A stretch of 64,000 nt of DNA, from IMG/VR virus record IMGVR_UViG_2695421015_000002. One strand, 5' to 3'. The position numbers were made by a program, and so were the translations under genes. This document shows, piece after piece, positions 1 through 9,540 of the stretch. The notes below the pieces were generated by a model. That model ran no database searches, had not been told where the DNA came from, and saw nothing but the letters and a program-made list of their open reading frames with translations. This DNA is from a virus. Its lineage: Duplodnaviria; Caudoviricetes. How positions within the stretch are numbered: the first letter of the stretch is position 1; each line of letters begins with the position of its first letter.

Positions 1-1140
1 TTACAGTTTTGATACCTCCAACAGTTCAGTGAACGTCTCTGGAGTCTCGTGCCGGTAGGTCTTGCGGATCGTCTCGACCGAGACACCGCAATAGAGGCTC
101 ACGGTTTCAATGTCGACCTTCTTCCCTGTCCGTCGATCTGGCGTCAGATACCAGGTGATCGCTGTATGCCGCAGCGTGTGACGCAAGACCTTGCGTTCCT
201 TTTCCTCAGTTGCGAGGCCGGCCCGCTCAACGACAGTTTCCCAACCATCGTGGATGCGGCGGACGCGCTTGCCCATGAACTCGATCACCGAGTGGTTCGA
301 AACCCCGACCCGCGCCCATCGCCGCATGTGTGCCAGCAACCGGGGTGGCAGGGGGATGGTAGGCTGCCGCTTGCTAGTAGCCTCCTTGTTGTCAGGCTTC
401 CGCTTGAAGATGCCACGCTCGAGGTCGACGTAACCACGATCGATCGCCGGAACGAGTGACGCGTTGCAGATGTCGCCATTGCGACTGCCGGTGTAGATGC
501 CGATCAGGATATAGCGGGCGATGTGGCGCAACGTGTGTCGACCCTTGCTGGTGGACAGCTTGGTCTTCTTGCGCTCACGCCAGGCGGCCCACAACATTGC
601 CGCCGCCTCATCACGGGTCAGGTATCGAATGCGAGATTTCGGAGCGTCCGGCAATGTCGCGCTGAATTTTGGTTGGATCCCGCCCTTCGTCTTCTTGACG
701 CATCGGTTTATCGCGGCCTGCAACAATTTCAGATCGCGATGTGCCGATGGTTGTAGGACTCGCTCCTCGGCGTAACGTTCCTGCAAGTCGGCGGTGAGGT
801 TGCCGATGGTGTAATCTTTGAACCAGTCCCCGATACGGGCGATCGCCGATAGCAGCTGGTTCTTGTAGGTCTGGTCTATCTTCCTTTTGTTGATGTGCTG
901 CGCCTCCAGCATGATCACATCGACTATGCGGATCGAGTTGACGTCCGAGGTTGTAAGCGCCTTTTTTGGGTCGTGCTTTTTCGCGATGTACCGGGCGAGG
1001 GCTTTTTCAGCTCCGACAGCATCAGCCTCATGGCATCCTGTGCCACGAGTAAGCTGTCCGTCTCGGATGACCCAGGTTGGGGCACGACCGTCTTTGTATT
1101 TTTTAAGGGTGACGTATGGGGCTTTGCGGCGACGCGGCAT
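1..1140 (-). CDS. int: Phage integrase, tyrosine recombinase
   Basis: Catalytic motifs TGSR, HTLRH and C-terminal Tyr (RKTYRH); N-terminal arm-binding-like region. Confidence 0.92.
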   Translation of the reverse strand: MPRRRKAPYVTLKKYKDGRAPTWVIRDGQLTRGTGCHEADAVGAEKALARYIAKKHDPKKALTTSDVNSIRIVDVIMLEAQHINKRKIDQTYKNQLLSAIARIGDWFKDYTIGNLTADLQERYAEERVLQPSAHRDLKLLQAAINRCVKKTKGGIQPKFSATLPDAPKSRIRYLTRDEAAAMLWAAWRERKKTKLSTSKGRHTLRHIARYILIGIYTGSRNGDICNASLVPAIDRGYVDLERGIFKRKPDNKEATSKRQPTIPLPPRLLAHMRRWARVGVSNHSVIEFMGKRVRRIHDGWETVVERAGLATEEKERKVLRHTLRHTAITWYLTPDRRTGKKVDIETVSLYCGVSVETIRKTYRHETPETFTELLEVSKL

Positions 1141-1373
1141 GATGCTCTGTATTCCTCAATTGCGGCAAGTGTCACAAAATACTTTCCGGCGACAAACTCG
1201 TAGGTGATCTTTCCTGCGACCACCAGCCTCCGCAAAGCCGAGACGGACATCGATCCGTCTGGCCATGCGAGGCGGGCGGCAACATCCAGTCTCAGAGGGG
1301 TGGTGGGCGTGACGATGCCATCGGACGTCAGGGCGCTGAGGTCCGTCGTTCTCGCCCTTGCAGCCAAACTCAT
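924..1373 (-). CDS. Excisionase-like HTH protein overlapping the integrase 5' end
   Basis: PLRLDVAARLAWPDGSMSVSALRR...GKYFVTLAAIEE is typical of rhizobial prophage Xis; ATG 1373 chosen as start. Confidence 0.7.
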   Translation of the reverse strand: MSLAARARTTDLSALTSDGIVTPTTPLRLDVAARLAWPDGSMSVSALRRLVVAGKITYEFVAGKYFVTLAAIEEYRASCRVAAKPHTSPLKNTKTVVPQPGSSETDSLLVAQDAMRLMLSELKKPSPGTSRKSTTQKRRLQPRTSTRSA

Positions 1374-1499
1374 TTGCCAGTCTTTCCGAATACGCTGTCG
1401 ATGGTGGGTTCTGCAGTCCGTGGTGTCGCGGACCAACTCTTGATCGGCCAGCGACCATCTCGCCACCGGGTTCGGCAAACCCGTTTCCGGGTTGTATTG

Positions 1500-1877
1500 T
1501 TAGTCAGGACGGCGGGAGAGCCGGGTCAGATCCTCGCCGTTCATCGCCAGCCGCTTCATCTCTTGGATCAGGAAGGTGACCGCGACACCGATGTTCGGGA
1601 AGTCTGCGCCGTAGCTGCGGAAGCCGCTCCAGCCCTCGGGATAGATCATCGGCGATTCCTCGAAAGCGTCCTCCTCGCCATTGCGGCGGTCGAAGACTGC
1701 ATCGAGCTGTCCGACACCAGCCTGGAACAGCTCGCCCTTCGAGGCGTCGACGCGCTCGTTGGCCGGGCCCCACATCTCGTTCTGCCGCTCCAGCTCCTTC
1801 GCGATGAAGTCGAGGGCGGCTCTTTCTGCTTGTTTAGCGTCCAAGTTCAGTTCCTTATTTGCAGCAAAAATTTGCAT
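1500..1877 (-). CDS. Phage hypothetical protein
   Basis: Co-oriented ORF with phage-like codon use; true start may be slightly downstream because the annotated start lies in the 16-bp motif. Confidence 0.65.
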   Translation of the reverse strand: MQIFAANKELNLDAKQAERAALDFIAKELERQNEMWGPANERVDASKGELFQAGVGQLDAVFDRRNGEEDAFEESPMIYPEGWSGFRSYGADFPNIGVAVTFLIQEMKRLAMNGEDLTRLSRRPD

Positions 1878-1904
1878 TCAAGCGCACCAATCGTCAAGCA
1901 AAAT

Positions 1905-2321
1905 CTAGTATTTCTTGCCCCCTTTCTTCACCCGGTTCTCGTGCGTGTGATCCGGTCTCACGAGGTTGAAGGCGGACTTCTCGCGGGCAGCGGCACCGAG
2001 GTTCAGTTTCAGCGCGCCGCCGAGATCTTCGATGCGGATCAGGGCGTCGGCCAACTCAACCTCGAGTCCGAGGCGGTGAGGCAGCTTGTCATCCATCAGG
2101 TCCTTGCGATCGGCCTCCATGGCCTCACAGATCTCGCTGACGGTCAGCAGCAGCTTGGTCGGTACGATCAGCGGCTTCTTCGTCAGGTCTTCTCCGGTGG
2201 CCGGATCGGTCCACCAATGGGCATTCATCTTGTGGCAGATTGCCACGAGAGCGTTCACGGCTCTTTCCAGTTCGAGCAGGTCCGCTTCGGTGAAGTTGTC
2301 GTTTGCGACGATCATTCTCAC
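1905..2321 (-). CDS. MazG-like nucleotide pyrophosphohydrolase
   Basis: SEICEAMEADRK...EVELADALIRIEDL acidic helical motif. Confidence 0.8.
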   Translation of the reverse strand: MRMIVANDNFTEADLLELERAVNALVAICHKMNAHWWTDPATGEDLTKKPLIVPTKLLLTVSEICEAMEADRKDLMDDKLPHRLGLEVELADALIRIEDLGGALKLNLGAAAREKSAFNLVRPDHTHENRVKKGGKKY

Positions 2322-2641
2322 TCCTTAAATCGCAGCTCGTCGGCGAGGTCCTCGAACATCCTGATGACGTCCTTCTGGCAGCGACCCTTCTTGTCGTTCC
2401 AGTCAAACGGATGTTCTGTGACCTGGCCCTTGATCAGGGAAACGAAGCGCGCGTACGCGCCTTGGTCTTCTTTGCCTGCGGCGCGGCGGATGCATCCTTC
2501 GATATCGAAGCATCGTGCCGTGTCACTGAATACCGGGACCGACTTACCATGCCGGTCCCTTGCGAGGGTCTTCTGTGTCCAGCGTCCTGGCTTGGAGAAC
2601 ATCAGAAGACAGCGCTCCACGATCTCCAGCTCGGTTAACAT
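2318..2641 (-). CDS. Phage hypothetical protein
   Basis: Stop/start overlap with next gene; WTQ...CFDIEG...WND pattern seen in phage proteins. Confidence 0.7.
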   Translation of the reverse strand: MLTELEIVERCLLMFSKPGRWTQKTLARDRHGKSVPVFSDTARCFDIEGCIRRAAGKEDQGAYARFVSLIKGQVTEHPFDWNDKKGRCQKDVIRMFEDLADELRFKE

Positions 2642-2729
2642 CAGATCGCAAGGTCCGTCAGCTCATCGAGCCAGCAAAAGCCCCGCAGCCAATTTGCCGG
2701 ATGCTTGGTGATCCTCCCGGTGACCTGCA

Positions 2730-3098
2730 TCAGCCGCCGCGCTTCGTGGAGCGGTAGGGATAGGCCTTGGAGTAATCGATGTGGTGCTCGCGCTTCACCG
2801 GCACGAACTTGATCGGCTTGCCCGCGATCTCCTTCATCAGGGCGTCGACGCTTTCCTTGTGCTTCCGCGGATGGAGAACGGCGAGTGCTTCAACGAGCGT
2901 CGTGACTTCAGCACGTTCCTTGCCGGTCAGGCAGCGAGTGGCTTGCGCCCGGCTTCCGGCCGGCTGGTAGTAGAGCTTCTTCTTGACCTTGCGTCTTTGA
3001 TGCTGAGACGTAAGGAAGTGCATGGCCTTCAGCAGGCCCATCTGCGTGTCGTCGAGTGTTGCAGTCGCGTCCATTTGGTCCTCTCTTTGTGAACTCAT
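2730..3098 (-). CDS. Phage hypothetical protein (basic)
   Basis: ORF in operon, ATGA overlap with upstream gene. Confidence 0.6.
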   Translation of the reverse strand: MSSQREDQMDATATLDDTQMGLLKAMHFLTSQHQRRKVKKKLYYQPAGSRAQATRCLTGKERAEVTTLVEALAVLHPRKHKESVDALMKEIAGKPIKFVPVKREHHIDYSKAYPYRSTKRGG

Positions 3099-3325
3099 GA
3101 GCCATGCAGCGAGCGAATGCGCCGCCTGACCTGCTGCCGGGTAAAATTGTTTGCGTAGGGGGTGCGCGGAGATGAAGCGAAGGGGACCGAATGCCAGGCG
3201 CCTCTGAATTTGAAGCGGACCAGGTGGTGTCTCTTCTTGTCGTGATCGACAATGAAGTCTTCGATCTCTCCGTTATCCTTCAGTGCCTGAATCTCTTTCT
3301 GCACCTCGCGCACGTGACTTTTCAT
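3095..3325 (-). CDS. Small protein, possibly HicA-like fold
   Basis: 76 aa from ATG 3325; KRHHLVRF...ASSP...RRRIR pattern. Confidence 0.5.
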   Translation of the reverse strand: MKSHVREVQKEIQALKDNGEIEDFIVDHDKKRHHLVRFKFRGAWHSVPFASSPRTPYANNFTRQQVRRRIRSLHGS

Positions 3326-3779
3326 CTTTGCCCCTCTTTGAAAACGGCCGGTATGGCCACTTCTTCTTCGGGCGTTTCGGAGTCGCATCGACCTCCGCGT
3401 CGGGGTCGACCTTGGCCAGCATCCGACGCCTGAACTCTTCCGTTTCTCTCGCTATCCGCTTGGTGCGGGCGATCTCGGTGACGTCACCGCGCGTCAGCTC
3501 GTCCTTCGAGCCGAAGGTTTTCTGCGCGTGACAGTCGATGTGTTTTGCGAAGATGAACTCCGGATCGTTGGATCTCGGAGTGGTGTCCTTCGCTTCGGGA
3601 TCCCAGCAGCGCAGCTGCACTGCGGGGAAGTGATCAAATTGCGTGTCGTCCAGCTTCCCAAGACGCTCCCCGCAGGTGGCGCACAGACTGTGCTGCCTGA
3701 TCACGACCTTGAGCTTTACGGTGACCGGAATGGCCTTTCTGAAGCCTGGAGGCGGAGCTGCGGGGAGCGTCGTTTGCAT
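3273..3779 (-). CDS. HNH endonuclease family protein
   Basis: CATC...FDH...HIDCHAQKT; ATG 3779. Confidence 0.7.
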   Translation of the reverse strand: MQTTLPAAPPPGFRKAIPVTVKLKVVIRQHSLCATCGERLGKLDDTQFDHFPAVQLRCWDPEAKDTTPRSNDPEFIFAKHIDCHAQKTFGSKDELTRGDVTEIARTKRIARETEEFRRRMLAKVDPDAEVDATPKRPKKKWPYRPFSKRGKDEKSRARGAERDSGTEG

Positions 3780-3789
3780 TTGCTCTAAT

Positions 3790-4059
3790 CTATTTGCATT
3801 CAAGCAAAAGATCAAGCAAATTTTCGAGCCGATCCCTTCGGGTGATGGCCCTAATCCAGGCCTGCTTTCCTCCTTCGGTGACCTGTCCGTCCTCGGTCAG
3901 AAAGCCGCTACGGATCATCGCCTCGATCGTGCGGCGCTGCCACGGCTGGACCTTGATGCCGACCGCATGGCCGAGCGCTTCCACCCAGGCGAGATATGCC
4001 GGGGCGTGCTCGTCCATGACGCGGACCTGGGCCTTAGACATTCTGGGACGTCTCGGCAT
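3790..4059 (-). CDS. Phage hypothetical protein
   Basis: ORF in tightly packed operon. Confidence 0.55.
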   Translation of the reverse strand: MPRRPRMSKAQVRVMDEHAPAYLAWVEALGHAVGIKVQPWQRRTIEAMIRSGFLTEDGQVTEGGKQAWIRAITRRDRLENLLDLLLECK

Positions 4060-4312
4060 GTTCGTCGCTCTCGAACTTGATATTGACGAGTCCGTTTCCG
4101 CCCAGCCACGCCAGTAGCTTCAGCGATGGAACATAGCGGATGCGTCTTCCGTCCTCCTTGACCTGGACGATGGTGCCTCGCGGCCACCGCGGCGGAGCCT
4201 TCCAACCCTTCGGCGTGGTCACCAGGATCTGGGCTTCCTCAAGCGGCATGCCCAAACTCCTGGCCGACCGCAGCGATGCTACGCAGGATTTCCCGAGGTC
4301 TGATGGCGTCAT
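4034..4312 (-). CDS. Phage hypothetical protein
   Basis: ATGA overlap with upstream gene. Confidence 0.6.
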   Translation of the reverse strand: MTPSDLGKSCVASLRSARSLGMPLEEAQILVTTPKGWKAPPRWPRGTIVQVKEDGRRIRYVPSLKLLAWLGGNGLVNIKFESDEHAETSQNV

Positions 4313-4716
4313 GCCGGCACCAGATCGGCCAGAGTTGACTTCACGCGCTCGATGACGCGAGCCGAGAAGTTGTCCGGGTGACGTGGGTCGGTGATGATGC
4401 CGTCCTCGATGACGAGGTTGTCGCCGTCATCCTTGGCTGTATGCGGGTTGCTCGCATGCCACATGCCGTAGAAGTTCCGGATCGACATGCCTGCGAACAT
4501 CAGGCAGCCAGCGTGGCCCGGAGCGTCCGGATCGATGCGCCCGCCACCCATCTTGAGCAGGGGCAAGTGCCAGCTCACTGGATCGAGCCAGCGCTTCATC
4601 CCCTCGGCATCAGCCTGCACGCGCTTGAGCACGTCGGCGACCACGCCTTCCTCGTCCAGGTACTGGCCAAGCCATTCCTGGCTGTTGCGCGGCTCAGCTT
4701 TAACAACGTCCGACAT
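4309..4716 (-). CDS. Phage hypothetical protein
   Basis: ATG 4716 (MSDVVKAE) overlaps the upstream stop; GMSIRNFYGMW...HPD motif. Confidence 0.7.
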   Translation of the reverse strand: MSDVVKAEPRNSQEWLGQYLDEEGVVADVLKRVQADAEGMKRWLDPVSWHLPLLKMGGGRIDPDAPGHAGCLMFAGMSIRNFYGMWHASNPHTAKDDGDNLVIEDGIITDPRHPDNFSARVIERVKSTLADLVPA

Positions 4717-5192
4717 TATGCGGCTTCCTTCTCTTCCTTGTAGTTGGCCTCGGCCCTGGCTTCCTTGAGCAGGAGCGACAGGTCGACGCCGGGGATGATG
4801 TTGGTCTCGATGATCTCCATGGCCTTGTCGAAGTAGGCCTTGAAGGTTTCCTCGTTCATTGCGTCGAACGCGGTGGAGGAGGGGATCATGATGATCTCGC
4901 CGGCCGTGGTCATGATCGGCTCGACCACGCCGCAGCCGAGCAGCAACGTCTTGTGCAGGCTGTCCTCGGACACGAACAGGTCGGTGTTCTTCACCACCAA
5001 GCGCAGCACGACGCGATACAGCCGGTGCCGCGGCGCGCTCCGCTGCTGGGCGAGGTTGACACGGAGAACCTTGTTGAAGGGCAGCTCCTCGAACATGTCG
5101 CGGTCGTAATTCGCATACGGCACGAGATGTCCATCTTCGTTCTTGATGACGAAGATCCATGGGTTCTTGGACTTGCTGGTCGCTTTGCTCAT
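4716..5192 (-). CDS. DUF1367/NinB-like recombination-associated protein
   Basis: RSAPRHRLY...PSSTAFDAMNEETFKAYF; located next to the annealase. Confidence 0.7.
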   Translation of the reverse strand: MSKATSKSKNPWIFVIKNEDGHLVPYANYDRDMFEELPFNKVLRVNLAQQRSAPRHRLYRVVLRLVVKNTDLFVSEDSLHKTLLLGCGVVEPIMTTAGEIIMIPSSTAFDAMNEETFKAYFDKAMEIIETNIIPGVDLSLLLKEARAEANYKEEKEAA

Positions 5193-5213
5193 CGGTGCAG
5201 TCTCAGGCTCATG

Positions 5214-5414
5214 TCATTCCCGTATCTGTTCGCCGAGACTCCGAAGGTGCTCCTTGCAGGCCTCGATCAGTTGCTGGATCTGGGACTCGGAGAGACCGTA
5301 TTCATCTCTCCTCTTGCGCTCACCGTCCCACCAGGCCCGGAGGTCCTCCGCACTCTTGGCGAGTGGGATGACCTCCAGTGCGAGGTTGACGTAGACGCGG
5401 GCCTTAAGCCGCAT
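5214..5414 (-). CDS. Phage hypothetical protein
   Basis: Short ORF overlapping the annealase end. Confidence 0.55.
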   Translation of the reverse strand: MRLKARVYVNLALEVIPLAKSAEDLRAWWDGERKRRDEYGLSESQIQQLIEACKEHLRSLGEQIRE

Positions 5415-6186
5415 CGTCCTGGGTCTTCGCCTGCTTCAGCTCCTGCGACTTTTTGCTGGCGAGGTCGCGGATGAACTTCTCGTCAGCCTCGTGGAGCTTC
5501 TCCATATCCGGCGCGAACTCCGGATCGGCGATCGCCTCCATGACCGCTTTCACGGTCTTGGCGGACTTGATGGTCGCCTCCCACTTGTCGAGGATGGCGT
5601 CCTGCTCCTTCTCGTCGATGGAGGACTTGCGCACGGCCTTGTCGTCCTTCTTCGACGATCCGCCCTTGTCGGACGACTTGCCGCTGTCGCGGTTGTTGTC
5701 GTTGTCGAACTCGTCGGCGTTCCGGAAGTCCTGCTTCAGGTCGCTGACATAGCGGTTGTCGTCGTACATGCCGAGGTGGATGTCAGCCGCGAAGCCGAGC
5801 GTGCTGAGGCACTTGCTCAGTGCGTCGGTCAGCGACTTCTTCGGCGCCTCTTCATCGGTGAACCAGCCGTTCTTGTTCTTGCCGACGAAGGTGGTCTGAC
5901 CGAAATGCTCGATCTCACCACGCTCGCTGTTCCACTTGTACCAGAGCCTGAGCCGCAGGACGTGTACGACATCCTTGTCCTGGCCGGGTTGATATTTCTC
6001 CTCGACGATGTTCCAGCCCCAACCGATACCGATCGGGCCGAACATCTTGGTCGCCTTCTTGATGAGATATGTGGCGTTGGTGGCGGTACCCTTGAAACCG
6101 CCACCACGGTTGAACTGCTTTGTGTAGTTCGGATCAGTCTGCTCGACCTCATTCCAGATCGCGAGATTGTCTTGCTGATTGCTCAT
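5404..6186 (-). CDS. Single-strand annealing protein, Rad52/Sak-like
   Basis: MFGPIGIGWG and DEEAPKKSLTDALSKCLSTLGFAADI; adjacent to YqaJ exonuclease. Confidence 0.75.
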   Translation of the reverse strand: MSNQQDNLAIWNEVEQTDPNYTKQFNRGGGFKGTATNATYLIKKATKMFGPIGIGWGWNIVEEKYQPGQDKDVVHVLRLRLWYKWNSERGEIEHFGQTTFVGKNKNGWFTDEEAPKKSLTDALSKCLSTLGFAADIHLGMYDDNRYVSDLKQDFRNADEFDNDNNRDSGKSSDKGGSSKKDDKAVRKSSIDEKEQDAILDKWEATIKSAKTVKAVMEAIADPEFAPDMEKLHEADEKFIRDLASKKSQELKQAKTQDDAA

Positions 6187-6223
6187 CTTCTTCCTCGTTG
6201 GTGAATGGTGAAGGGCAGGGGCA

Positions 6224-7180
6224 TCACGCCGCCTCTGCCGCCTCGGTGTTGTCGTTGTCGGCCGCCTTCTTCTTGGTGGCGCGCTTCTTCTTCGGAGCTG
6301 GGGGGAACCAGGCCTGCTGCTCGTCGATCTTCGCGACCTCGTCCTTGTCGCAATCGATCAGCAGCTTGCCGTCCTTGGACAGCTTGATGGTCACGCCCTT
6401 GCCGGCCGCCTGCATCGCGTCTTCCGGCATCAGTTTCTTGATGGCCTTCTTCGCGGCATCGTGCTTCTTGGAGGCAGTCAGCGTCTGGAGCAGGACGGCG
6501 GCTTGCTCGCCCCACTCGTTGCTCTCGTTCATGTCGATGACCTTGACGCGCTCGATGAGCGGGACCTCGATCGTCGGGTTGCCCGGAGTCTTGCCGGTCT
6601 CGACGCAGTCCCAGAACGCCTTCTCGGCCTTGAGCAGCTCGACCTGGTAGAAGATGTCGGCCTCGATCTCGACGCGGTACCACTGCGCGGCGCCGGTCAG
6701 GATCGACAGGTACGATGACGGAAGACCGGTCACCATCATGTTGTGCTGACACTGCGGGAAGTATTTCGTAACCGCGTTGTCGATCGAGAACCCGAACGGG
6801 AACATGAACTTGAACTCGACCATGGCGAACGGCTTGCCGGACTCAGTCGTCCGAACCAACCCGTCCAGCGTGGCGTGAGCCTTGTCCCAGTCCTCGTAGA
6901 AGACCTTGTCCTGCTCGTTGGTGACCCACCAGCCGGTGTCCTTTTCGAACAGGTCGGCGTTCAGCGGCTCGGTCAGGTTGCCGAGGTTGATCAGGATCAC
7001 CTCGCTAAGATCCTCCGGCGCAATCTCGCCACGCTTCTCGGCCCACAAGCGCTCGATTGCGTCCTGGTCGCCGGACATGATGATCTTGGCATCGGATCCG
7101 CCAATGGATGCGCGGCGGGCGTTGCGGGCCTCTGCGGACATTCCGATGTGCCCGGTGCGGCGGTAGAGAGACGGTTGCAT
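6224..7180 (-). CDS. YqaJ-like viral recombinase exonuclease
   Basis: IGGSDA, ATLDG, EFK and QCQHNM motifs; GGAG RBS before ATG 7180. Confidence 0.9.
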   Translation of the reverse strand: MQPSLYRRTGHIGMSAEARNARRASIGGSDAKIIMSGDQDAIERLWAEKRGEIAPEDLSEVILINLGNLTEPLNADLFEKDTGWWVTNEQDKVFYEDWDKAHATLDGLVRTTESGKPFAMVEFKFMFPFGFSIDNAVTKYFPQCQHNMMVTGLPSSYLSILTGAAQWYRVEIEADIFYQVELLKAEKAFWDCVETGKTPGNPTIEVPLIERVKVIDMNESNEWGEQAAVLLQTLTASKKHDAAKKAIKKLMPEDAMQAAGKGVTIKLSKDGKLLIDCDKDEVAKIDEQQAWFPPAPKKKRATKKKAADNDNTEAAEAA

Positions 7181-7208
7181 TTCAGTACTCCTTTTGCATT
7201 CAAGCAAA

Positions 7209-7892
7209 TCAATTGGCGCAGTAATCCAGCCAGATGGACTTATCACCCATGGTTTCGACGAAGGCCTTGTGCGCAGCCCGGTCTTCGTCGGTTACTCTCG
7301 ACGGCAGCGGGACAGGTCTCTGTCTCGCCGGAACTAATGTTTCATCCTTCTGCTCGGCAAAGAGATCGAGGGTCATGCCGAACTGGCGACCGCCTCGAAG
7401 CTCGATGTACACTTCCGTCAGCAGCTCGGCGTCGAGCAGAGCGCCGTGCTTGGTGCGTTTGCTGATGTCGATCTTGAACGCCCGGCACAGCGAATCCAGC
7501 GTGTGCCGAGAGCCAGGTCTCTGTTCCCTCGCGAGCGCCAGGCTGTCGACCACCTCGTTCTCAAGAGGCGGAAGGTTGAGCCTGTCCAGCTCGGCGTTCA
7601 GCATCCCGATGTCGAAGGACGCATTGTGGGCGACCAGCGTGGCACCTTCGATGAAGGTCAGGAACGAGTTGACCGTTCGTCTGAACGTTGGCTTCGTCTT
7701 CAGGAACTCGTTGCTGAGTCCATGGACCTTGAAGGCTTCCCGGTGAACCGGGTGCGTTGGGTTGATGTATTTGTGGTAGGTTGTCCCGGTCACCTTGAGA
7801 TCAATGATCTCGACACAGCCGATTTCGACGAAGCGATCTACCTTCCGATCGAGCCCCGTCGTCTCCGTGTCGATGATGATCTCTCGTTTCAA
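7209..7892 (-). CDS. dnaQ: DNA polymerase III epsilon subunit (DEDDh 3'-5' exonuclease)
   Basis: DTETTG, AHNASFD, HGALLDAELL, GGRQ clamp-binding-like motif and DnaQ-type C-terminus. Confidence 0.92.
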   Translation of the reverse strand: MKREIIIDTETTGLDRKVDRFVEIGCVEIIDLKVTGTTYHKYINPTHPVHREAFKVHGLSNEFLKTKPTFRRTVNSFLTFIEGATLVAHNASFDIGMLNAELDRLNLPPLENEVVDSLALAREQRPGSRHTLDSLCRAFKIDISKRTKHGALLDAELLTEVYIELRGGRQFGMTLDLFAEQKDETLVPARQRPVPLPSRVTDEDRAAHKAFVETMGDKSIWLDYCAN

Positions 7893-8137
7893 CGCAGCTT
7901 CCGTGATATGGGGTCAATTCCGTCCAGCTCCATCTGCGTCCAGATCAGCTGGTCTATTCGGTCGATGTAGGCCTCACAGGCAGACATGACGGCTGCCCGG
8001 TATCTGATGATGTCGTCTGCTGAGCCGTGGAGGAGCATCGCCTCGTAAGCCTTCACGCAGGAGTCCATGATCTTCTTGGAGGACTCCAGCGCGAGGTACG
8101 CATCGGTGACCGCCTGGCGTCTTTGCTCAAGAGCCAT
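7889..8137 (-). CDS. Phage hypothetical protein
   Basis: Overlaps both neighbours; helical. Confidence 0.65.
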   Translation of the reverse strand: MALEQRRQAVTDAYLALESSKKIMDSCVKAYEAMLLHGSADDIIRYRAAVMSACEAYIDRIDQLIWTQMELDGIDPISRKLR

Positions 8138-8717
8138 AGGTTTCCTCGAACTTGAGGCCGGCGGCCGGCACGATGTGAAGGTCCGTCTTCAACCCGACCA
8201 GGATGAAGCCGATCGCGCGGGTACGGATCTCGAGAGCGATCTGCCGGTGGGTCGGCTTGCGCGTCGGGCAATAGAGCCGATGCACAATCTCCTGATCTCC
8301 GCCACGGGCGAGCGCGATTGCTGCCTTGGTGAGGCGATCAGGCAGGCGGGCGACGTTGCACCAACGCATCCAGGATAGGACGCCAAGCGCCCTGTCGAGG
8401 TCGTCACGTTGGGGAGCAGTCTTGGTCTGGCCGTCATAGGGCTTCATCGCACTGAGGATGCGGTTCAGCTCGATTTCGGTCAGCTCGGCACGCGACATGC
8501 CGATCATGTTCCAGCCACCAGAACGGTTGCCGGAGGTCAGCCACCTGCGCTCCTGATCTGGGATCTTGTCGACAACTTCGACAGCTTCCGTCAGCAGCGA
8601 CCAGATGACATCGCTATGCCTTGCACGATCGCCCTTTAAGGCAACGGCCAGCTCACCACCATGGGAGAGCCAGCCGATTGCTTTCGTGCGATCCTCAAGC
8701 GAGGATGAGATCGTCAT
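8127..8717 (-). CDS. Phage hypothetical protein
   Basis: ORF in operon. Confidence 0.65.
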   Translation of the reverse strand: MTISSSLEDRTKAIGWLSHGGELAVALKGDRARHSDVIWSLLTEAVEVVDKIPDQERRWLTSGNRSGGWNMIGMSRAELTEIELNRILSAMKPYDGQTKTAPQRDDLDRALGVLSWMRWCNVARLPDRLTKAAIALARGGDQEIVHRLYCPTRKPTHRQIALEIRTRAIGFILVGLKTDLHIVPAAGLKFEETYGS

Positions 8718-9042
8718 TCGAGATCTTTGGTTTGGCGCTGCCGTAATCGATCCGGCGGCGGGTTGCGCGGTACTCGAAGACGTTCGTGGCGATACGCTTC
8801 TGCGTCAGGTGAAGATTACCTTCAGCAGCATCCTCACGGATGCGGTCGGCCAGAACGTTTAGGGTTGCGATACGCAGGCGATCATTCCCGCGCAGCACAT
8901 CGTTGTCCGGGATCACGACCTGCCGGTCGAACTGGAGGTCGCCCTGCCAGTAGACCAGGAGGTCGCCTTCCGACGACGCCTTGAGCCAATCGTAATAGTC
9001 GGAGAGGGCGCCTGGAGCGACCTCAAGGACTGTGCGCTCCAT
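8695..9042 (-). CDS. Phage hypothetical protein
   Basis: GDLLVYWQG...LHLTQKR...FEYRA pattern typical of alphaproteobacterial phage proteins. Confidence 0.7.
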   Translation of the reverse strand: MERTVLEVAPGALSDYYDWLKASSEGDLLVYWQGDLQFDRQVVIPDNDVLRGNDRLRIATLNVLADRIREDAAEGNLHLTQKRIATNVFEYRATRRRIDYGSAKPKISNDDLILA

Positions 9043-9044
9043 GG

Positions 9045-9440
9045 TCAGATCTCGCTGCGTTCCTGGTCGACCAGGCTGGCGTACAGGCCGGCGAGGGCCG
9101 TCACACCTTCCACGATCGCGCCGAGCTGATCGAGCTGCTCAGCGGGGTTGAGGACGTCCGGAACTTCGGACAGCTCGAAGTCCGGCTCGAAGTCGATGTC
9201 GAACTCGAAGTCGTCATCGTCAGCGAACTCGTCGTCTTCGCTCTCGACGCAGTTGAACAGGTCGTTGACCATTACCATGGCGACGTGATCGAGCAGCTCG
9301 TCGAGCGAGCCAACAGGGGTTGCCTCATCCATGCAGATGCCTGGCGGACAGGAGCACACACCGTGCTCTGCGGCTTCCTGAGCATGGTGGGCTTCGAACA
9401 TCGAAGCCAGACCGCCCTGGTCAACTTGGAAAACTCTCAT
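9045..9440 (-). CDS. Acidic phage hypothetical protein
   Basis: GGAG RBS; CSCPPGIC and an Asp/Glu-rich tract. Confidence 0.65.
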   Translation of the reverse strand: MRVFQVDQGGLASMFEAHHAQEAAEHGVCSCPPGICMDEATPVGSLDELLDHVAMVMVNDLFNCVESEDDEFADDDDFEFDIDFEPDFELSEVPDVLNPAEQLDQLGAIVEGVTALAGLYASLVDQERSEI

Positions 9441-9540
9441 TTGATCTCCGTGTGAAAAAACAATAGGGGCGCCTCCTGCACGCCAACCAAGAAAGGAGGC
9501 GCCCCCGATATTCCCCGCTCAACGGGGAAGCTCTGATGGA

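Noticed and set aside
1-60. Prophage attachment site
   Set aside because: The window starts at the integrase stop codon, so any att core lies outside it
1374-2711. 445-aa plus-strand ORF and similar long antisense ORFs (e.g. 26268-27728, 25129-26145, 57822-58940)
   Set aside because: Shadow frames of high-GC genes on the opposite strand, with no motifs or RBS
3793-3808. 16-bp motif as a sigma54 promoter
   Set aside because: TTGC is present but no TGGCAC -24 box occurs at the right spacing; the dyad symmetry fits a dimeric regulator better
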